NCBI RefSeq assembly: GCF_006345805.1 | Contig: NW_021834364.1 | Location: 13,181 to 77,180 of the forward strand | Reading direction: 5' to 3' | DNA from: Octopus sinensis | Lineage: Eukaryota | DNA length: 64,000 nucleotides | Shown: positions 27,540 through 41,569 of the stretch, piece after piece | Numbering within the stretch: the stretch's first letter is position 1 | Layout: each line of letters opens with the position of its first letter | Program-made: the position numbers and the translations under genes | Notes under the pieces: model-generated | Told to the model about the DNA's origin: nothing | Seen by the model: the letters and a program-made list of their open reading frames with translations, nothing else | Database searches by the model: none

Positions 27540-27684
27540 ACGCACACACGCACAAATGCATAAATATCTATAAACATATACATATAGAGTTTTATAGAGA
27601 ATGTGTTTTATAAAATTTCGGATATCAATATACATATATAAATATATATGCATAAGTATACCTATGCGTACATACGTATACCTT

Positions 27685-27761
<77 letters not shown>

Positions 27762-27803
27762 TTCTTTCTTTCTTTCTTTCTATCTATCGTTCTATCTATC
27801 GTC

Positions 27804-27873
<70 letters not shown>

Positions 27874-27984
27874 GTATTTATCTATGCATGAACATACATA
27901 TCTGCCTGTATGCGTGCGAGAACAGATATGTGTATACTTTAGTGTAGACACACACACAAGCACACACACACACACAAGCACACA

Positions 27985-28051
<67 letters not shown>

Positions 28052-28407
28052 TCTATATTTGTTTTGTATCGGTATTTAAATTAATTTCCAAATCTTTTCG
28101 ATGAATGTTATAAACAACAGTTACCCTACAAGCATAGCTTCGTAGCACCTCAAATATTTCATGTGGCTACTTCGGATACGAAACTAGCATTTTGCATCAA
28201 TTTAAAAACAGCAATTTATGGAGACTCCTCTATTTTTATCGATACGCATGTGTGTGTGTGTGGTGTGTGTGTATGTGTGTGTGTAAGCAAGTAAAGTTAT
28301 TCGTCACATCAAAGTGGCTGTTCCATGTTACTACTAGTTTATATATATATATATATTTATACATACATACATACATATATGTATATATATATATATATAT
28401 ATGTATG

Positions 28408-28451
<44 letters not shown>

Positions 28452-28570
28452 TATATATATAATATATATATATATGTATCTATGTATGTATATATGTCTA
28501 TATATATATATATATATAGATATATATATATATATATATATATATCATATATTATATATATATATATATT
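26030..28570. repeat. Extended compound microsatellite field (TA/CA/TATC)n
   Basis: Directly visible; source of many spurious ORFs. Confidence 0.95.
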
Positions 28571-29268
28571 TATTGTGCAAGATTTTTTATGTGAAGTCGT
28601 GGTGTTGAAACAGATATTGTATATTTCGGAATGGTGATTTTGCCAGTTTAGCCATGTGTGCGGGCGTATATATGTGTATGTATATACATACTGATGCAAA
28701 CACTCACGCACACACATGCACATGCACGAACACATACGTTTGTGTTGATTATTTTGCAGCCTTACATCATTGGCTTGCGGTCAGGCTGGACCACATTTCA
28801 CACGGGTGTGCTCAATCCTATGAAGCCGACGGAATTTTACTTTTAACTTTGCAATCTCTTTATCGAGGATTATTTGTCGAACCGCTAATGTACATGTCAC
28901 GAAAGAATATAAATGTAAACTATACCCGTTTCTAGACTGTCAACATCAGTGTAAAAATATGCACGTATAAATACACATTCACACATGTAAGCATATTCGT
29001 ACTAACACACACATATACATAGATACGCACACACATATGTATCTGTGTATATATATATATATATATATATGTATATGTACGTATATATATAGGTTTATAT
29101 ATATGTATATATATATATACATATGTATATATATATATATATATGTATGCATATATATTATATATATAATATGGGTAAAGGTAAAAATATTTTTACTGTA
29201 AATTCATAATACAAGAAAATTTTCTTATTTGTATATATATATAATTATATATATATATATATATATAT

Positions 29269-29330
<62 letters not shown>

Positions 29331-29460
29331 CACCTAGTGAAGGATTATAAATTCAGGTAAAATACCAGGCTAACAATATTACCCAGATTAGTGAAGAACT
29401 CCAGGTAATCTTGTGGTAGGATCCAAGGTTATGGTTCATCACAATTCTATATTGTAAATC

Positions 29461-29670
29461 CGTCTTGCAACGTTTTCAATAGTTTTGAGTCAAAACTATT
29501 GAAAATGTTGCAAGACGCAACGAAAATTTTAGGAAAATAAAAAAGAAATTTTACCGTTGAGTGTGTTAAATTTTAAGGCACTAAAAGAGAATGACTCTTC
29601 CCAGACACAACAGAATATGCTTCAATACACGAACTCACATAAAGGATTTGCAAACCAAATCCAAAAACGA
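29461..29670 (+). mobile_element. Penelope-like terminal remnant (57-bp palindrome, degenerate hammerhead, ORF start MTLPRHN...)
   Basis: Palindrome 29461-29517; hammerhead-like topology 29496-29532; ORF at 29591 is homologous to copies at 28573, 49010-49207 and 61094. Penelope assignment is inference. Confidence 0.5.
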
Positions 29671-29726
29671 TATATATATATATATACATACATATATATA
29701 TACATACATTATTATTAATTTGTTTA

Positions 29727-29767
<41 letters not shown>

Positions 29768-30099
29768 TTTTAGTCCAAAGACTGCAGCCATGCTGGGGCA
29801 CCGCCGTTTACTTTGCTATACTTTCACTAAACCGCCTCTGATGTGTGACATTTGGTTGATGAGGGAGTTTGACATTGCTGCCCTCATCTGTGTTTCTTGC
29901 CTAGAGGTAGGTTCATCTCGTAACTCTTGACATGTATGTGTGTATGTATGTGTGTATGTATGTATGTATGTATGTATGTATGTATGTATGTATGTATGTA
30001 TCTTTTATCATTTATCTTCTACTGGTTTTAGCTGGAGGTTAAGGCAATGCTGGAGCACCGCCTTTTAGTGTGTTTGGGTTTCTTTTTCTGTACAGTTTC

Positions 30100-30517
30100 T
30101 TATTTTTTTATTGCCCACAAGGGACTAAACATAGAGGGGACAAACAAGGACAGACAAAGGGATTAAGTCGATTATTTCGACCCCAGTGCGTAACTGGTAC
30201 TTAATTTATCGACCCAGAAAGGATGAAAGGCAAAGTCGAACTCGGCGGAATTTGAACTCAGAACGTAACGGCAGACGAAATACCTATTTCTTTACTTCCC
30301 ACAAGGGGCTAAACACAGAGGGGACAAACAAGGACAGACAAACGGATTAAGTCGATTACATCGACCCCAGTGCGTAACTGGTACTAATTTAATCGACCTC
30401 TAAAGGATGAAAGGCAAAGTTGACCTCGGCGGAATTTGAACTCAGAACGTAACGGCAGACGAAACACGGCTACGCATTTCGCCCGGCGTGCTAACGTTTC
30501 TGCCAGCTCGCCGCCTT
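30100..30517 (-). mobile_element. Tandem dimer of SINE family C
   Basis: Two consecutive near-identical units (cccacaagggg.ctaaaca.agagggg...gacgaaa); the second is complete to cgccgcctt. Confidence 0.9.
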
Positions 30518-30559
30518 AATGTACTGTTTCTTGTGAAGTAGCGAATTGGACGGAGTTAG

Positions 30560-31170
30560 TCTTTTTTGTGGTTTCTACCGTGATGTGGGTTCATCTGGTA
30601 TTTCAGACAAAATTTTGTCTTGGCGCTTTTTGAAGACCTCCACATCCAGTCCTCAGTGATCACAAGTTCGGAGCAATAACCTGGAAAACTGAGAAAGAAA
30701 ATTCTCCATAGGAGTAGCATGGTATCCTTTTTCCTGCTTCTGAATGATCTCAGAATCCATCAAGCTTGTACAGTGTTGTCATCCTTGTAATATTCACATT
30801 GGAATCATTACAAATGTAGATTCTTAGGTCACGCACTGACTCAAACTCTGGCATTGCACTACCTACTCTTTCTGTGTATTCCCATTGTAGTATGTTTGTG
30901 GGCTGGACAATTGTAAATTACCAACATTGAACTGCATGTTATTTTCATTAGCCCATTTGTATATTATATTCAGGCTGTTTTGCTGTTTTAGTATGTTATT
31001 AATGTCCTCCATCGCCTGTGATACTTTTGTATCCTCTGCCTCGCTGGTGAGAATGGCTGACTGTATGATAGATGGCATGTCTGAGAGAACCACCAAAAAG
31101 AGTACTGGTTCCTTGAAAACAGCACAGTTCCTTGAATGACTCCACTGCGATTTGATGTCTCCCTAGAGAG
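30560..31170 (-). pseudogene. Decayed CR1/L2-like LINE reverse-transcriptase fragment
   Basis: GVIQGTVL..., VVLSDMPS...EAEDTKV (YADDTK-like), YKWANENNMQFNVG and SVRDL.IYI motifs across frameshifts. Confidence 0.75.
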
Positions 31171-31469
31171 CGCATAATTGTTCGCTCAGCCGAACTTCCG
31201 GATCATTGAATAAAGTGAGAGGGGTTGGACATTCCGCAGACACGAAGACTGTGCCTTTGAATTACAGGCTTCTGTACAGTGTCCAACTACACTTACATTT
31301 ACCAATTACACTTACAAGGTATAGCTCAACCCAAGAGCGCAGAAAATATTTGGCCCAAATGCCACGCAGTATTATTTTGGGTAAATATCCAGGACCTCAT
31401 AATGGCGAAGCATTCTACCATGGAAAGATATATATATACATACAAACGTATATATATATATATATGGGG

Positions 31470-31503
31470 TGGGGGAGAATTCACAAAAGAATAAAAGACG
31501 TCC

Positions 31504-31534
<31 letters not shown>

Positions 31535-31735
31535 ATGGGGTGGGGGAAGAATTCACAAAAGAACAGAAGACTAAAACAGGTGGTGTAAACAACAAACAGG
31601 TGTATTAGAATAACGCTCTGGAAGTGGAAAAGTTTTTAACGTTTCGAGCCTATGCTCTTCCACAGAAAGAAACACAGAAAGAAACATGGAGAGAAAATAA
31701 AGAATGTGTAGTGGCTAGCGATCTAGCATGGCGAG
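31470..31735 (-). mobile_element. Penelope-like terminal repeat remnant carrying a hammerhead-like motif
   Basis: Reverse complement of 41862-42045; motif ctgtgga-a-gagc-atag-gctc-gaaa-cg-tt at 31632-31670. Confidence 0.6.
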
Positions 31736-31851
31736 ATACACACATACACACACATACACACACACATATATATATATATATATATGTGTGTGTATATATG
31801 TGTGTGTATGTGTGTGTACATGCATACATACATATATATATACATATACAT

Positions 31852-31904
<53 letters not shown>

Positions 31905-32176
31905 TGCGTGCGTATGTATTTGTGCCTGATACAAGGTTTATTTAAAATAAACGTGTTAGATGACGTATACAGTGCAGTGTTACATACACACATTCACATA
32001 CAATTGCATAGATATGCACATGCATACAAGCACTCGCTCAGTCGTCCATGCATACTCAAATATGCACTACTAGGATTGTCGGTTCTTACGATAGATTTTA
32101 ACTATTTTCTTTAAGTACCGGTAACGTAAGCTCGCCCGCCTCTCTCTCTTTCTCTCTCTCTCTCTCCCTTTTTGAA

Positions 32177-32284
<108 letters not shown>

Positions 32285-32721
32285 GCTGTTCCCTCCACAA
32301 AACCTTACACATCTCAGAACAAAAATTTATTTTACCCTTATGTTTTATCGGTACACCTATTTTGATATGCAGGTAGTCAGCTAGCTCATGTATCTACCCA
32401 TCTGTCTGTCTGCCTACCTGTCTCTGTGACAGCCTGTCTGTCTAAAATATTACGATTATATATATGTATATATCTATATCTATAATGAAATAATACATTG
32501 TAAATAAACAATGACATAAAAAATATGTGCATGATGCGAAATTTAGTATTACGATTTGATTGATAACCAAATTAGGGACCTTCTGTATCTGTGTCCCGTC
32601 CGGTTGTACGCTCAGTGTATGTATACGATTTTTTTCTGTCGTTTATTTACGATGACTTTTTTGTCATTTATTATGTAAGGTTACGCAACACACACCCGAC
32701 TTATATTAACAATAAATTTAT

Positions 32722-33136
32722 ATAGGAATGGTTGTGTGGTAAGTAGCTCGCTTACGAAGCACATAGTTTCAGGTTCAGTCCCACTGCGTGGCACCTTGGG
32801 CAAATGTCTTCTACTATAGCCTCGGGCCGACCAGACCAGATCCTTGTGAGTGGATTTGGTAGACGGAAACTGAAAGAAGCCCGTCGTATATATGTATACA
32901 TATATGTATGTGTGTGTATATGTATATGTTTGTGTGTCTGTGTTTGTCACCACAACATCGCTTGACAACCGATGCTGGTGTGTTTACGTCCCCGTAACTT
33001 AGAGGTTCAGCCAAAGAGACCGATAGAATAAGTACTGAGCTTACAAAGAATAAGTCCCGGGGTCGATTTGCTCGACTAAAGGCGATGCTCCAGCATGGCC
33101 ACAGTAAAATGACTGAAACAAATAAAAGAGTAAAAA

Positions 33137-33137
<1 letters not shown>
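32722..33137 (+). mobile_element. SINE family B, full length
   Basis: Head, internal (TA/TG)n, and 3' part ending ctccagcatggccacagt.aaatgactgaaac.a.taaaagag. Confidence 0.9.
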
Positions 33138-33168
<31 letters not shown>

Positions 33169-34031
33169 CGTTTACAAGATCGATATGTAAGAGTGCATGT
33201 GTGTATAAGCATATGAGCATATATACACATCCACTCTTACCTCTATAGATGTCATTAAACACTTCCATTCTAATTCACACTCACCAGACCTCTGTCTTTT
33301 TTCTACTAAGTCTTCAGCAATGTTGCTCATCTTTTATGGCGTTCGAATGATAATGGTGGGTCGCAGCCATCTTGCCAACAACATAACCGCATTCTCACCC
33401 ACACGTTCTCTTTTCTCTCCCTTCTTCCACTTCTTCTTTCTCTTTCTTCTTCTCCTTACACCTTTCTCATTTTTCTCCTCATTCTCCCGCTTACTCTAAC
33501 ATCACTTACCCTCACCATCATCACTATTGCTAGTACCGTATTTATTATTCTCCAGTAAGTGTCAACGCGTTGTTCGCTTCAGCTGACAGCAGCCGGCGAT
33601 CAAGTTGAAAGAAGATCGTCATATCCGGATGCAATCCGTGTAAGAGCCTACTCATCAGCATGTGATGGGCGTGGTTCTGCTAATAAAAAATGAAAAAAAA
33701 GACATGGAAAGGGTTTCAGTTTAACACACTCACATACACACTCGCGCACACACACACATACACACACGCACATACACTTACACACAGTGAGGTGGCTCAT
33801 GCGGGGCTGTTGTAAGGTACTGCGGAGCTGTTTAGGATCACAACCTTGGTGAAATTATCCTGTTTCACGCTGTGCCACAGCGTAACTAGCAGAGACGACA
33901 AAAACGGGATTAAACATACATACATACATACATACATACATACATACTCACATACATACATACATACACACACGCACACATACTCACATACATACATATA
34001 TACACACACGCACACTTACATATACCACACA

Positions 34032-34083
<52 letters not shown>

Positions 34084-34408
34084 CATACACACACAAATGC
34101 ATACGTTGATCGGCAAATTGGTAGAGTCATTAGAGCATCGGACAGAATGATTTGTGTCTCAAGTCTGCGCTCCGAATTCAAATCCTGCCGTGCTCAACTT
34201 AGCTTTTCATCATTTCCGGGTCTATAAGAAAATTCCTTTGCCCGCTATTTTTCTGAAAGAAATTGGCTGTGATCACCCTGAGACTTTGAGGGTAACGATC
34301 ACAGCAGCACCCCTATATATATATATATATATATATTTATAAATAAGGATAATATCGATATTATCAAGTGGCCAGCATGGGAATAAATACCATACAAAGG
34401 TAATAATT

Positions 34409-34631
34409 TTTCACAACTATAAATAAAGGTGTCTGAGAGACACCACCATGCCGAAATAGCAGTCAAGCCCTGACTCTAAAAACCACCTAAAATGTTCACA
34501 TCGCACCACGATGTCTCTCTGTCTTATCTCGTGGTGCGATGTCAACATTTTAGGTGGTTTTTAGAGTCAGGGTTTGACTGCTACTTCGGCATGGTGGTGT
34601 CTCTCAGACACCCTTATTTATAGTTGTGAAA
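34409..34631. mobile_element. 223-bp near-perfect fold-back element
   Basis: 103-bp arms with 4 mismatches seen; 17-nt loop. Confidence 0.85.
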
Positions 34632-34644
34632 TATATATATATAT

Positions 34645-34705
<61 letters not shown>

Positions 34706-35393
34706 TATATATATATATGCATATATGTTTATGTATCTATATATATGTATACGCATATGTATGTATATATGAATGTTATATATATATATTAGTTCATATG
34801 TTTATGTATATTTGTATAAAAGGCGGGCGAAACTAGATAAGTAAATAGAGATAAAATAATTTTAGGGGCGGGGAAATATGTCGTAATTGTGGGAGTAGAA
34901 AAATAGTGAAAGAATAAGGAAATATAGGAGAATAAAGGGCGAAAAGGAAAGAGTGAGTGAGTGATAATGTGTGAGAAAGAGATAGCGTGTGAGAAAGTCA
35001 ATGTTAGAGGCATTGAAACGAAATGAATGTGGTGTGGACAGGTAGCTAGGCAGATTTACGGCGGGAGACAGACACACGTATACATACACACACACATAAG
35101 CACATGAATATATACGTATGCTTGTGTATGTGTGTGTGTGTGTGTGTGTGTGCGCGCACGCGGTATACGGAATGTTCATAAATTATATTTTACAACTTTA
35201 ACGGTACTTTGCTGGTAATTGTAAAGGTAATTTATATGTACACACACGCACACACACACACACGCATACACATATATGTGTATGTATATGTGTGGCATGT
35301 GTGTGTGTATATATATATAATATATTTATATGTGTTATACAGGCATGTTTGTGCGTTATGGAGACACGGATGCATCACGTGTACCTTCATGTT

Positions 35394-35436
<43 letters not shown>

Positions 35437-36542
35437 CACACCACACACATATACTATATATTTACACACAACAACCACCACACACATACATATATATATA
35501 TATTTACATGTAACATAATATATATACCTTAGGTTATATATATATATACATAGATCTGTGTATAGCATGTATGCTCACCGCGCACACACACATATATAAT
35601 ATATATTCCTATTTGTGTTTATATATAGTTATTTCCAGAGACCTCAGTCCACACTGTATCAAGGTTTGGCATAACATAAATAGTATATATATATATATAT
35701 ATTATATATATATATATGTAAAAAGAGGGCATATTTAGCAATTTCTCTGTAGGTTGAAAATAATGTGAGGAACAACTTAACCGATTTTCGAACCTTATTG
35801 AGCTCTCATCAGATGTGTCTACATATAAATAGTATGTGTACTTTTTATCAAACCGAAGATAAAATGCCCTAATTATTTGTTAGTCCTGCTTGAAATAGCA
35901 ATGAAATCTCCCACAAGCTAAATCTAAAAAATTACATGTTTGCGACGAGAATAGCTTTCATCATGAAGTGACCAAGGTTACAACTGGAATGTCGTTGAGT
36001 ATAAATGTGTCTGCTCGTTCAAGAATGGACAAGAGAAATAGTAAGCAATAGCAGCAATAACAAGAACAACAATAGCAGCAACTTGTTGTATTTCTCAAAA
36101 CTTTTTTTTTTAAATCCACTATCATTTACACCTGATATTTACATCCTGCATTATCACTTCTTCTTATGGTTGTACAATTTATCATTGTCACTACTCTTTA
36201 TGATGATGATGAGGATGAACAGAAGGAGGAGGACGACGAGAAAGAATGGAGGAAGAGGGGATGAAGGACGAGGAGTATTTTATGCATATGCATGTACATT
36301 ACCGTGTATCTGTGTCAGTGCTTATGGGTGCTTTTCTTTCGATTTATGCTGTATATTTAAAATATTTAATTAATATACGGTTGCATTGATTCTAGGCCGG
36401 CTTTTTCGGCTTAAAATGAAGTCGAGCCTAGAATTTGAATCAACTAGAATCTTAAACTGATCACTTTATCTTCAAACTGTCTTTCATATTTTTTTTATGT
36501 TTGAATAATTAACTGGGCTCACCTCTCCCTATATTTTATTAT

Positions 36543-36775
36543 TTATTTCTTTACTACCCACAAGGGGCTAAACACAGAGAGGACAAACAAGGACAGACAA
36601 ACGGATTAAGTCGATTATATCGACCCCAGTGCGTAACTGGTACTTATTTAATCTACCCCGAAAGGATGAAAGGCAAAGTCGACCTCGGCGGAAATTGAGC
36701 TTAGAACGTAGCGGTAGACGAAATACCGCTAAGCATATCGCCTCGCGTGCTAACGATTCTGCCAGCTCACCGCCT
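36543..36775 (-). mobile_element. SINE family C, full length
   Basis: Near-identical to the 30290-30517 unit. Confidence 0.9.
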
Positions 36776-37751
36776 ATATTTTATTATCGTTAAGTCAAAG
36801 CAGAAAGGACAGTATCCAATGTCAAAAAGACCAGTAACATTTTTAAGAGCCTCCGGGACAGTTAGGAAGATGTGGATGATATTGTAAGGCCGTGTCCTAG
36901 GTCTTAGCTAGAAAGTTTGCAACAGAGCAAAGTCTTCTAAATGTACTTATGGTCATGTGGTGTTAGTGTTTAACCGGGTGACGTATTAAATCTACCACCT
37001 TAGAACAGAAACGAGTTTGCCTACAGTTTCATAAAGCTTGAGGCTGTATAAGAAGAGACTTGCTCAAATAACGCAATTTCAAAACGAACTTTTTAACCAC
37101 ATAGTCACATTGAGCTACATTTAAATATTAAGCTTTGCGAGTGAAATTTGGTTGATGGAAACTGTGTGGAAGTTTAGTTTTGGAATTGTAAGGAAAACCA
37201 CTGGAGAAACTGCAAACAGTTCTTGGGTACCAGGCTTAATCTGGCAACTGCTTTCATACCACCAGACGCCCTTGGAAGTACACTCTGTTGCAAGCATTTT
37301 GGTCAGAGATCCAGGATAGCTTTCATCCTTCCTCTCAGAAACACGAACTACCGGAAAAATGTCACGAAAGTTTTCTTATTTTCCAGACTAAATCATGCGG
37401 AAAAGTAAAAGAAATCTGTTTTTATTTTGCTGTCACTTTGCAGCAATTCGTGTCAAAATACTTTTTGTGGATGGTGAGCAGCTATTATCCTTTGGCAAAA
37501 GAAGATCAATAGTTGAAGTTATTATACTTAATTTACATTATGATTCCCAGCTAGCGGAATCGTTCGTACGCCGGATAAAAATGTTTTGCGGCATTTCTTT
37601 CGGCTTTACGCTCTGAGCTTAAATTCTACCGAGGTCTACTTTGCCCTTCATCCTTCTGGATCGATGAATTAAATACCATTTGAGCACTTATTTCTTTGTT
37701 CTTGGCAATATCCCCTCTCCAAAATTTCAGGCCTTGTGCCTATAGTAAAAG

Positions 37752-37786
<35 letters not shown>

Positions 37787-37962
37787 ATATATATATTATA
37801 TATTATATATATTATATATATATATATTTAATATATACGGGTTTCTTTCTGAATAGTTGGAAAGAAAATTCCTACAAAAATAGTAAAATAGTGGGTGAAG
37901 CAAGGAGATGAAGAAAAGCTAGGATGAAGAGTCAAAAGACAAGACAATATAATATAATAATA

Positions 37963-38001
<39 letters not shown>

Positions 38002-38029
38002 TAATAATAATAATATATATGTATATGTT

Positions 38030-38180
38030 TGTGTGTATGTGTTTGTACCCCATCATCGCTTGACAACCGATGTTAGTGTGCTTACGCCCCTGCAACTTAG
38101 CGGTTTGGCAAAAAGAGACCGATAGAATAAGTACTAGGCTTAAAAAGAATAAGTCTTGGGGTCGATTTGTTCGACTAAAG
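38030..38180 (+). mobile_element. 3' portion of SINE family B
   Basis: catcgcttgacaaccgatg...gaataagtactaggctt...gtcgatttgttcgactaaag. Confidence 0.85.
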
Positions 38181-38587
38181 AGGCCGAGTTGCATTCGATT
38201 CCTGGTCGAAACCATTTTGTTCCACTTTCATTACTTAAGATCATTGAGAAAGATATGACTATCACAACTTCCCATTCCTCCAGCCACTATAAATTTTATG
38301 ACCTTGTACCTGGTTAAAAAAGAAAGGTAAGAAAGAAATTGATATCCTTCTTTTCTCAAAGAAAAACTGAAAGTGAGTGTTATCTTGGAAAGTGCCTGGA
38401 GGTATATTTACGACTGCAGGTTACTGTGTCGTGTGAGTGTGTCTTTGACTGTGTTGGTTGGAGACCAATCTCCATGCTGGAGGCTGTTTTTAATTCTGAA
38501 TAGTTGGAAAGAAAATTTCTAGAGAAAATAGTGGGTGGAGCAAGAAGATGAAAGAAAAGCCAGGATGAAGAGTCAAGAAGACAAGAC

Positions 38588-38655
<68 letters not shown>

Positions 38656-38677
38656 GATGATGATGATGATGATAATA

Positions 38678-38722
<45 letters not shown>

Positions 38723-39195
38723 TGATGAAGATAATAATAATAATAATAATAATAACAACAACAACAACAACAATAATAACAATAACAACAACAAAATGAA
38801 AGCAAATCTTTTTTTTAAATGTCGAAGATAGCAAGAAGGAAGATCACAAAGAGAAAAAAAAAAGAATAAATAAACAAATTTTAAATAAATTTAAATGAAA
38901 TAAAACAAAAATTTATAAAAAAGATAGTTAAAAAAAACTAAAACTAAATTTGATGAATAGACACAGGTTTTGGTTGGATTCAGCAAGATTGAAAAACAAG
39001 GTAAATAAAAATAACATTTTCAAATAAAGAAGACAACTCCAAAATAAATAAATGAATGACTAAATAAATAAAATATGTGAGAAGCCGGTCAGAAATCTAG
39101 TTTGAAAGAAGACTGCGGCAGACATCTTGTGAAAAATTAAACAGGTATTTTAGCAAAGATATGTGTACGCAAGTGTGTAGTAATGTGTATGTGAG

Positions 39196-39261
<66 letters not shown>

Positions 39262-39632
39262 AGAGAGAGAGAGAGGGGTGAAATACATACACACGCACAC
39301 ACAAACACACACGCACACACAAACACACACGCACACACAAACACACACGCACACACACACCAATATATGTGTATATATTATATATTGTTTATGCCATAAG
39401 AATTTTAGGAAAAACTTTGAGACGTGAAATAATTCATAGAACTCGAAGTAGCTAACACTATAAATAAGAGAGCGTAAATACTGGATTAAAAACCCGAATA
39501 ACCTTCGACATTTGTATCCAGAAATCTTTTTTTTTAACCCCATATTCAAAATGCCGTTATTATAACGTATATGCACTACGAGTTCTGGAGTTATAAACGA
39601 ATTACACACGCACACACACGATTACATATACA

Positions 39633-39682
<50 letters not shown>

Positions 39683-39808
39683 ATATATATACATACATAT
39701 ATATGTATATATCTAACATACATTACATATATATGTATATATATACATATATATACTATATATATATATATATATATAAATCTTATATATATATATATAT
39801 ATATATAT

Positions 39809-39840
<32 letters not shown>

Positions 39841-40379
39841 TAGAGAGATAGATGATAGATAGATAAATGAATACATAAATAAAACTTACTTGGAAGAGGA
39901 TGCGTGGCGTATGAATAATATATATGCATATATACATACGTATATATGTACATACTTACATCTATGTATGTGAGCAGGACGTCACGGAACGAGTACAACA
40001 AAAAATACGACGCATACGTACATGGAACGTGAACTATTCTTTTGAACTACGAAAGACAAATGGAAAACAAAACAAACAACATAAAGAACGGTGTTACCAA
40101 TTTTGACCCTCCGCAAAATCCCAAATTTGACTCACTTTGCTTTGCGGAAACAACTGTTCTATCGAAAACGTATATTGTTGTTAAATGCTCGAAATACGGA
40201 ACTAGAAAAACAGCCAACAACTGATGATGGGTCGTTCTTTATGTTGTTTGTTTTGTTTACCATGTGTGCCTTTCGTTGTTCGAAAAAATAGTTCATGTTC
40301 CATGCACTTGTGGCTGTGGTTCGTATTTCTTTTGTTGTATACGTTTCGTGACGTCCTGTGTCATCTATATTATATATGC

Positions 40380-40451
<72 letters not shown>

Positions 40452-40526
40452 ATATATACTATATATTATTTATATTATATTATATTATTTATATACAATG
40501 TATACACCATATAAATATATCCACAA

Positions 40527-40696
40527 CACGAGGTGCTAAAAAGTTCCTGGCATTGGGTAAAAGAAAATACAGAAGGATCAGCTAATTATGATTTTATTCA
40601 ACTTCTAAGCCCTGTAAGAGAACTTGAAAGGTTGGACCTCCACTCAGACGTTTCGCGACACCCTTAAAACCAAAAACTTTTCAGCATCCCCCCGTA
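40527..40696. mobile_element. Mariner-type MITE, second copy of the 3305 family
   Basis: TIRs cacgaggtgctaaaaagttcctgg / aaaaacttttcagcatccccccgta; shared internal aaaagaaaatacag.aggatcag.taattatgattttattcaa. Confidence 0.75.
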
Positions 40697-40960
40697 CACA
40701 CACATACACACATATGTATAAGTATTGGCTTGCATTTGCAACGTTTATTTGTAACTCATTCTTGAAACGTTAATAATTATGGGGAGACATGTGTATCTTG
40801 AAGATCGTCTCGATCGGTGAGTGGACCGGGAATGTTCATAAGTAAATAAATAATAAATAGTACATGAATAAAACAAATACGCGTTTCCTGCTCCTCCACT
40901 CCCTTCCTCCTCCTCCACTCCCTTCCTCCTCCTCCACTCCCTTCCTCCTCCTCCTCCTCC

Positions 40961-41011
<51 letters not shown>

Positions 41012-41151
41012 TCCTTCCTTCTTTCCTTCTTTCTTTTTTTCTTTCTTTCTTTCTATCGGACACTCGTCATAGTGTTGGTCAAACTTAAGATACTTCACGA
41101 GAGGGAGAATATCATATCGAAGGGAGAAAACTATAAAATATAACCAACCTT

Positions 41152-41569
41152 GGATCTTTTCGGTTTGAACGGCAGTTTTTTTCTAGCGGTGTCATATGAA
41201 ATTGTCACCCATAATTATGACCCTAGAATCGATCTATTGCCTTTCAATCTCTTTTAGGGTTAGGGTTAGGGGTGGGAGAAGGGTATCTTTTTTTCTTCAC
41301 AAATGTAAATAAACCCAATCTGTTTCTTAAACGAGGGACATATTCATACGGCACAGAATGATTTTTACCTCAATGGACGTCATCGATTGGTTGAAATTGC
41401 AGAAATTGAAGGAAAAAAAACAAGAAATATCTTACAAACTATAGAATTTTCTCAATAAAGCCAAAAGAAAAAGATGTTTTATAAACACATTCTACCAGTA
41501 TACGAAGTTTAAAATTTTTCAGTTACCTAGAAATTATGTTAAAAACTGCCGTTCAAACCGAAAAGATCC
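41152..41569. mobile_element. MITE with 8-bp TSD, second copy of the 13311 family
   Basis: Same TIRs; TSD ccaacctt at 41144-41151 and 41570-41577. Confidence 0.9.

Noticed and set aside
35780-35815. Minus-strand CTGATGA...GAAA hammerhead-like core
   Set aside because: Stem I and the NUH site cannot be formed
38298-38332. MTLYLVKKER|gtaaga first-exon candidate (correct phase, good donor)
   Set aside because: Lies in sequence resembling the SINE family C tail; likely coincidental, though testable with junction reads
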